This document shows positions 59,029 to 64,000 of a stretch of 64,000 nt of DNA, one piece after another; position 1 is the stretch's first letter; every line of letters starts with the position of its first letter. The DNA comes from Escherichia coli (GTDB lineage: Bacteria > Pseudomonadota > Gammaproteobacteria > Enterobacterales > Enterobacteriaceae): assembly GCF_030013595.1 (NCBI RefSeq), contig NZ_CP122768.1. One strand, given 5' to 3'. A program made the translations under genes and the position numbers. The notes under the pieces were generated by a model that saw only the letters and a program-made list of their open reading frames with translations, was not told where the DNA came from and searched no databases.

Positions 59029-59088
59029 CGGTCTTGAAAACCGGCGACCCGAAAGGGTTCCAGAGTTCGAATCTCTGCGCTTCCGCCA
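59029..59088 (+). tRNA. 3' fragment (about 60 nt) of tRNA-Ser(UGA), serT-like; prophage att remnant, not an intact tRNA
   Basis: Anticodon stem-loop CCGGT-CTTGAAA-ACCGG (anticodon TGA), variable arm, T-arm CAGAG-TTCGAAT-CTCTG, acceptor 3' strand and CCA; the 5' half is replaced by phage sequence. Confidence 0.75.
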
Positions 59089-59294
59089 AATAAGATAAGG
59101 GGTTAGCTAAATGCTACCCCCTTTTTCTTTTGCCTGTCGAAATTCTCAGGGCGTTATATTTGCTTAATGACCTGATAATCCGCTGTTAAACCTGTTCCAG
59201 ATCAAATGCGTAAAGATGGGTAAAACTTCTGGGTGCCCTTACGCATTATCATTATGCTGCTTAATTAATTACATCTGTCATAGAGAGTGACTCA

Positions 59295-59954
59295 ATGGAT
59301 CGTATTGTTAGTTCTTCACATGACCGTACATCGCTGCTTAGCACCCATAAGGTGCTGCGTAATACCTATTTTCTGCTGAGCCTGACGCTGGCCTTTTCTG
59401 CGATTACCGCAACTGCCAGTACGGTGCTGATGCTGCCATCTCCGGGTCTGATTCTGACGCTGGTGGGTATGTATGGTTTGATGTTCCTGACCTATAAAAC
59501 GGCGAATAAGCCGACCGGGATTATCTCCGCATTCGCCTTTACCGGTTTTCTGGGTTATATCCTCGGACCAATTCTGAATACCTATCTGTCTGCCGGAATG
59601 GGTGACGTAATCGCTATGGCACTGGGCGGAACGGCGTTAGTGTTCTTCTGCTGCTCTGCATATGTGCTGACCACCCGCAAAGATATGTCGTTCCTCGGCG
59701 GTATGCTGATGGCGGGTATTGTGGTGGTGCTGATTGGTATGGTTGCTAATATCTTCCTGCAACTGCCTGCTCTGCATCTGGCGATCAGCGCGGTCTTCAT
59801 TCTGATCTCCTCTGGCGCTATTTTGTTTGAAACCAGCAACATCATTCATGGCGGTGAAACGAACTATATTCGTGCCACGGTTAGCCTGTATGTTTCGCTG
59901 TACAACATCTTCGTCAGCCTGCTGAGCATTCTGGGCTTCGCCAGCCGCGATTAA
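59295..59954 (+). CDS. yccA: FtsH modulator YccA (BAX-inhibitor family membrane protein)
   Basis: 219-aa polytopic membrane protein matching E. coli YccA; next to serT as in E. coli. Confidence 0.9.
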   Translation: MDRIVSSSHDRTSLLSTHKVLRNTYFLLSLTLAFSAITATASTVLMLPSPGLILTLVGMYGLMFLTYKTANKPTGIISAFAFTGFLGYILGPILNTYLSAGMGDVIAMALGGTALVFFCCSAYVLTTRKDMSFLGGMLMAGIVVVLIGMVANIFLQLPALHLAISAVFILISSGAILFETSNIIHGGETNYIRATVSLYVSLYNIFVSLLSILGFASRD

Positions 59955-60044
59955 TCTCGCCCAGGGTTACTTACCGAGCCTCGCTTTATGCGGGGCTTTG
60001 TTTTTTGTTACACTGCCGCCAGTCTGATTAAGGTAGTAATAATT

Positions 60045-60374
60045 ATGCTGATCTTCGAAGGTAAAGAGATAGAAACGGATACCGAAGGCTATCTCAAAGA
60101 AAGCAGCCAGTGGAGTGAGCCGCTGGCGGTGGTGATTGCAGAGAACGAAGGGATTACGCTGTCGCCAGAACACTGGGAAGTGGTGCGTTTTGTGCGTGAT
60201 TTCTATCTGGAATTCAATACTTCTCCGGCGATTCGTATGCTGGTAAAAGCGATGGCGAATAAATTTGGCGAAGAAAAAGGTAACAGCCGCTATTTATACC
60301 GACTGTTTCCGAAAGGTCCGGCTAAGCAAGCCACCAAAATTGCTGGCCTGCCAAAACCGGTAAAATGTATTTAA
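60045..60374 (+). CDS. tusE: Sulfurtransferase TusE
   Basis: [17 protein letters not shown]...LPKPVKCI matches E. coli TusE. Confidence 0.95.
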   Translation: MLIFEGKEIETDTEGYLKESSQWSEPLAVVIAENEGITLSPEHWEVVRFVRDFYLEFNTSPAIRMLVKAMANKFGEEKGNSRYLYRLFPKGPAKQATKIAGLPKPVKCI

Positions 60375-60649
60375 CGGATACGAAAATCGGTTAATTCCCC
60401 CGAGGGATGATGCGGCTCGCTGAGCACCCGTTCTACACGCGCAGAACGCGGGCCGCCACTCTTTAACCACTGCATTAATTTTTCTACCTGCCCTTCTTCA
60501 CCGCAGGCAACCACTTCCACGCTGCCATCGTCAAGATTTTTGGCGTACCCGGCTAATCCCAGTTTTTTCGCTTCGTACTGCGTGGTATAGCGAAATCCAA
60601 CGCCCTGAACTCGCCCGTAAACCCAGGCAATTATGCAGACTTTCGACAT
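60371..60649 (-). CDS. acyP: Acylphosphatase
   Basis: [23 protein letters not shown]..., 92 aa. Confidence 0.9.
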   Translation of the reverse strand: MSKVCIIAWVYGRVQGVGFRYTTQYEAKKLGLAGYAKNLDDGSVEVVACGEEGQVEKLMQWLKSGGPRSARVERVLSEPHHPSGELTDFRIR

Positions 60650-60743
60650 TGCTGCTCTCCTTATCCTTAATGGACGCGTTGCAAATCCATGGAAAACTCC
60701 GGACAATGACGCCCATTTCTTTGCATCGACAGAAAAGTAAATT

Positions 60744-61934
60744 ATGAGTGTACGTTTAGTGTTAGCCAAAGGGCGCGAAAAATCATTACTTCGTCGCCAT
60801 CCGTGGATCTTTTCCGGGGCCGTTGCCCGCATGGAAGGTAAAGCCAGCCTCGGTGAAACCATCGATATTGTTGATCATCAGGGAAAATGGTTAGCACGCG
60901 GCGCTTATTCGCCAGCTTCGCAAATCCGGGCGCGCGTCTGGACGTTTGACCCGAATGAATCTATCGACATTGCTTTTTTTTCCCGCCGTTTGCAACAAGC
61001 ACAAAAATGGCGTGACTGGCTGGCGCAAAAAGATGGCCTCGACAGTTATCGTTTAATCGCCGGAGAATCTGATGGCCTGCCGGGTATTACTATCGATCGT
61101 TTCGGTAATTTTCTGGTGCTGCAACTACTGAGTGCTGGCGCAGAATATCAGCGCGCGGCATTAATTAGCGCCCTGCAAACGCTGTACCCGGAATGTGCGA
61201 TTTACGATCGCAGCGATGTTGCGGTACGTAAAAAAGAAGGGATGGAGCTGACCCAGGGCCCCGTCACCGGCGAGTTGCCGCCTGCCCTGCTGCCGATTGA
61301 AGAACACGGCATGAAGCTGCTGGTGGATATTCAACACGGACACAAAACGGGCTACTACTTGGATCAGCGTGATAGCCGCCTGGCTACCCGCCGCTACGTT
61401 GAAAATAAACGCGTACTGAACTGTTTCTCCTATACCGGTGGTTTCGCCGTATCGGCACTGATGGGCGGTTGCAGCCAGGTTGTCAGCGTTGATACCTCCC
61501 AGGAAGCCCTGGATATTGCACGGCAGAACGTTGAGCTGAACAAACTGGATCTGAGCAAGGCTGAGTTTGTCCGTGATGATGTCTTTAAATTGCTGCGTAC
61601 CTATCGCGATCGCGGTGAAAAATTTGACGTTATCGTGATGGACCCGCCGAAGTTTGTTGAGAATAAAAGCCAGTTGATGGGCGCGTGTCGTGGTTATAAA
61701 GACATCAACATGCTGGCGATTCAGTTGCTGAATGAAGGCGGTATTCTCCTGACTTTCTCCTGTTCCGGTCTGATGACCAGCGATTTATTTCAGAAAATCA
61801 TCGCGGATGCCGCAATTGATGCCGGTCGTGATGTACAATTTATAGAGCAGTTCCGTCAGGCAGCCGATCATCCGGTGATCGCTACCTATCCGGAAGGGCT
61901 ATATCTGAAAGGGTTTGCCTGTCGCGTCATGTAA
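60744..61934 (+). CDS. rlmI: 23S rRNA m5C1962 methyltransferase RlmI
   Basis: 396 aa, PUA plus SAM-methyltransferase architecture; matches E. coli RlmI (YccW). Confidence 0.9.
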   Translation: MSVRLVLAKGREKSLLRRHPWIFSGAVARMEGKASLGETIDIVDHQGKWLARGAYSPASQIRARVWTFDPNESIDIAFFSRRLQQAQKWRDWLAQKDGLDSYRLIAGESDGLPGITIDRFGNFLVLQLLSAGAEYQRAALISALQTLYPECAIYDRSDVAVRKKEGMELTQGPVTGELPPALLPIEEHGMKLLVDIQHGHKTGYYLDQRDSRLATRRYVENKRVLNCFSYTGGFAVSALMGGCSQVVSVDTSQEALDIARQNVELNKLDLSKAEFVRDDVFKLLRTYRDRGEKFDVIVMDPPKFVENKSQLMGACRGYKDINMLAIQLLNEGGILLTFSCSGLMTSDLFQKIIADAAIDAGRDVQFIEQFRQAADHPVIATYPEGLYLKGFACRVM

Positions 61935-62309
<375 letters not shown>

Positions 62310-62320
62310 TCCCTGAACAA

Positions 62321-62358
62321 ATCCCCGGAAGGTTTTTGCCTTCCGGGGATTTTTTATT
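62321..62358. terminator. Bidirectional rho-independent terminator between convergent hspQ and yccU
   Basis: Hairpin CCCCGGAAGG-ttttt-GCCTTCCGGGG followed by TTTTTATTT. Confidence 0.7.
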
Positions 62359-62767
62359 TGGCCAGGCCCAGGCGAGGGATCTCAATAGCCGGGCAGCGAT
62401 CCATCACTACATTTAACCCGGCATCCCGTGCCAGTACTGCCGCTTGCTCATTAATCACCCCCAGTTGCATCCAGAGGGTTTTCGCGCCAATGGCAATAGC
62501 TTCCTGCGCTACGCCCCACGCCGCTTCTGAATTCCGGAAAACATCGACCATATCGACTTTTTCAGGAACTTCTGCCAGCGTGCCATACCCCTGCTGGCCC
62601 AGCAGTGTTTTGCCGGCAACTTTTGGCGAAACCGGAATGACGTGATACCCCTGGTCGAGTAGATATTTCATCACACGATAGCTGGGACGATCGGGTTTGT
62701 CGCTTGCCCCCACCAGCGCAATGGTGTGAGTGGACGTTAAAATGCCTGCAATATCGGTTTCTTTCAT
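62354..62767 (-). CDS. yccU: CoA-binding protein YccU
   Basis: 137 aa from [10 protein letters not shown] with GGAGG ribosome-binding site. Confidence 0.85.
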   Translation of the reverse strand: MKETDIAGILTSTHTIALVGASDKPDRPSYRVMKYLLDQGYHVIPVSPKVAGKTLLGQQGYGTLAEVPEKVDMVDVFRNSEAAWGVAQEAIAIGAKTLWMQLGVINEQAAVLARDAGLNVVMDRCPAIEIPRLGLAK

Positions 62768-62939
62768 TATTTCCTCCAGACTGTTTAACAAAGTGTACGA
62801 CAAAGCCGACATGCCAACCATGCAGCTAATACGAATGAATGAGAGCAAAAGCGGGAAATATGTCTATATGTTAGTAAGTATGATTAAAGAAAAATTTTGA
62901 CACATTATTATTCGGGCGGTCTTTTGACAGGAGCTACCT

Positions 62940-63602
62940 ATGAAAACCGGCATCGTGACCACCTTGATTGCATTATGTTTGCCGGTATCCGTTTTTGCCA
63001 CCACGCTGCGGCTTTCAACCGATGTCGATCTTCTGGTACTCGACGGCAAGAAGGTTTCCAGCTCTCTGCTGCGCGGTGCGGACAGCATTGAACTGGATAA
63101 CGGACCGCATCAGTTAGTGTTTCGCGTTGAGAAGACGATTCATCTTTCCAATAGTGAAGAACGGCTGTATATCTCCCCACCGCTGGTGGTCAGTTTTAAT
63201 ACCCAGCTCATCAACCAGGTCAATTTTCGCCTGCCTCGCCTGGAGAATGAGCGGGAAGCTAACCATTTTGATGCCGCGCCGCGCCTTGAATTGTTGGATG
63301 GCGATGCGACGCCGATTCCGGTAAAGCTGGATATTCTCGCCATTACCTCAACGGCAAAAACGATTGATTATGAGGTCGAGGTTGAACGCTATAACAAATC
63401 CGCGAAACGCGCTTCACTACCGCAATTTGCCACGATGATGGCAGATGACAGTACGCTGCTTTCGGGTGTTTCCGAGCTGGATGCTATTCCACCGCAGTCT
63501 CAGGTGCTCACAGAACAACGGCTGAAGTATTGGTTTAAACTGGCTGACCCACAAACGCGAAATACTTTTCTGCAATGGGCGGAAAAACAACCATCTTCCT
63601 GA
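62940..63602 (+). CDS. yccT: Periplasmic protein YccT (UPF0319)
   Basis: Signal peptide; 220 aa; matches E. coli YccT. Confidence 0.85.
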
Positions 63603-63698
63603 GATTTTTGTGCCTGTGCGCAGGCTTTTTCGGTCTTTATCTTGCAGCGATAAGTGCTTACAGTAATCTGTAGGAAAGTTAACTACGGATGTAACATT

Positions 63699-64000
63699 AT
63701 GGAACTGACGACACGCACTTTACCTGCGCGGAAACATATTGCGCTGGTGGCACACGATCACTGCAAACAAATGCTGATGAGCTGGGTGGAACGACATCAA
63801 CCGTTACTGGAACAACACGTACTGTATGCAACAGGCACTACCGGTAACTTGATTTCCCGTGCAACCGGCATGAACGTCAACGCGATGTTGAGTGGCCCAA
63901 TGGGGGGTGACCAGCAGGTTGGCGCATTGATCTCAGAAGGGAAAATTGATGTATTGATTTTCTTCTGGGACCCACTAAATGCCGTTCCGCACGATCCTGA
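63699..64000 (+). CDS. mgsA: Methylglyoxal synthase, N-terminal part (runs off the right edge)
   Basis: [24 protein letters not shown]... matches MgsA. Confidence 0.9.
   Translation, partial: MELTTRTLPARKHIALVAHDHCKQMLMSWVERHQPLLEQHVLYATGTTGNLISRATGMNVNAMLSGPMGGDQQVGALISEGKIDVLIFFWDPLNAVPHDP

Larger units (their letters stand above)
36927..59088. mobile_element. Rac-like lambdoid prophage (lysis, Q, nin, replication, immunity, recombination, xis, int), ending at the tRNA-Ser fragment
   Basis: Gene order typical of lambdoid prophages in reverse orientation; int adjacent to a tRNA 3' fragment; continues left of the P2-like insertion (cos, nu1). Confidence 0.8.

Overview
The window reads as three nested layers. 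(1) Host chromosome at the right edge (about 59.1-64.0 kb): a 3' fragment of tRNA-Ser (serT-like), then yccA, tusE, acyP, rlmI, hspQ, yccU, yccT and the start of mgsA. (2) A Rac-like lambdoid prophage integrated at the tRNA-Ser site. Reading right to left it carries int, xis, a large exonuclease, RacR-like repressor, ydaS/ydaT-like genes, a replication initiator with iterons, a lambda-P-like loader, ParDE toxin-antitoxin, HNH, RusA, a Q-like antiterminator, a cargo region (membrane protein plus orphan adenine methyltransferase) and a lysis cassette. Its cos site and lambda-like nu1 sit at the far left (1-470). (3) A complete P2-like prophage of about 36 kb (864-36926) inserted inside the lambdoid prophage between its lysis genes and cos, bounded by a perfect 20-bp direct repeat. 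The P2-like element has a recognisable backbone (int, C, A, Q, P, O, N, M, L, X, Y, R, S, V, W, J, I, H, G, U, T, E/E', FII, FI, D, ogr) plus four accessory loci. The most striking is a translationally coupled hxsD-hxsB-hxsC-hxsA operon between D and ogr: two radical-SAM enzymes, a small LLNDYxLRE-motif protein and a secreted His-Xaa-Ser-repeat protein with a peptidoglycan-binding domain. As far as I know this family is defined only computationally. The other three are a ParM/ParR-like partition cassette with a standalone ClpX zinc-binding-domain protein between A and Q, a two-gene module coupled to int, and a Hok/Mok-like toxin next to attR. All calls come from reading the sequence and ORF translations and from remembered protein families; no database search was run. 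Coordinates of non-ORF features are approximate to a few bp.
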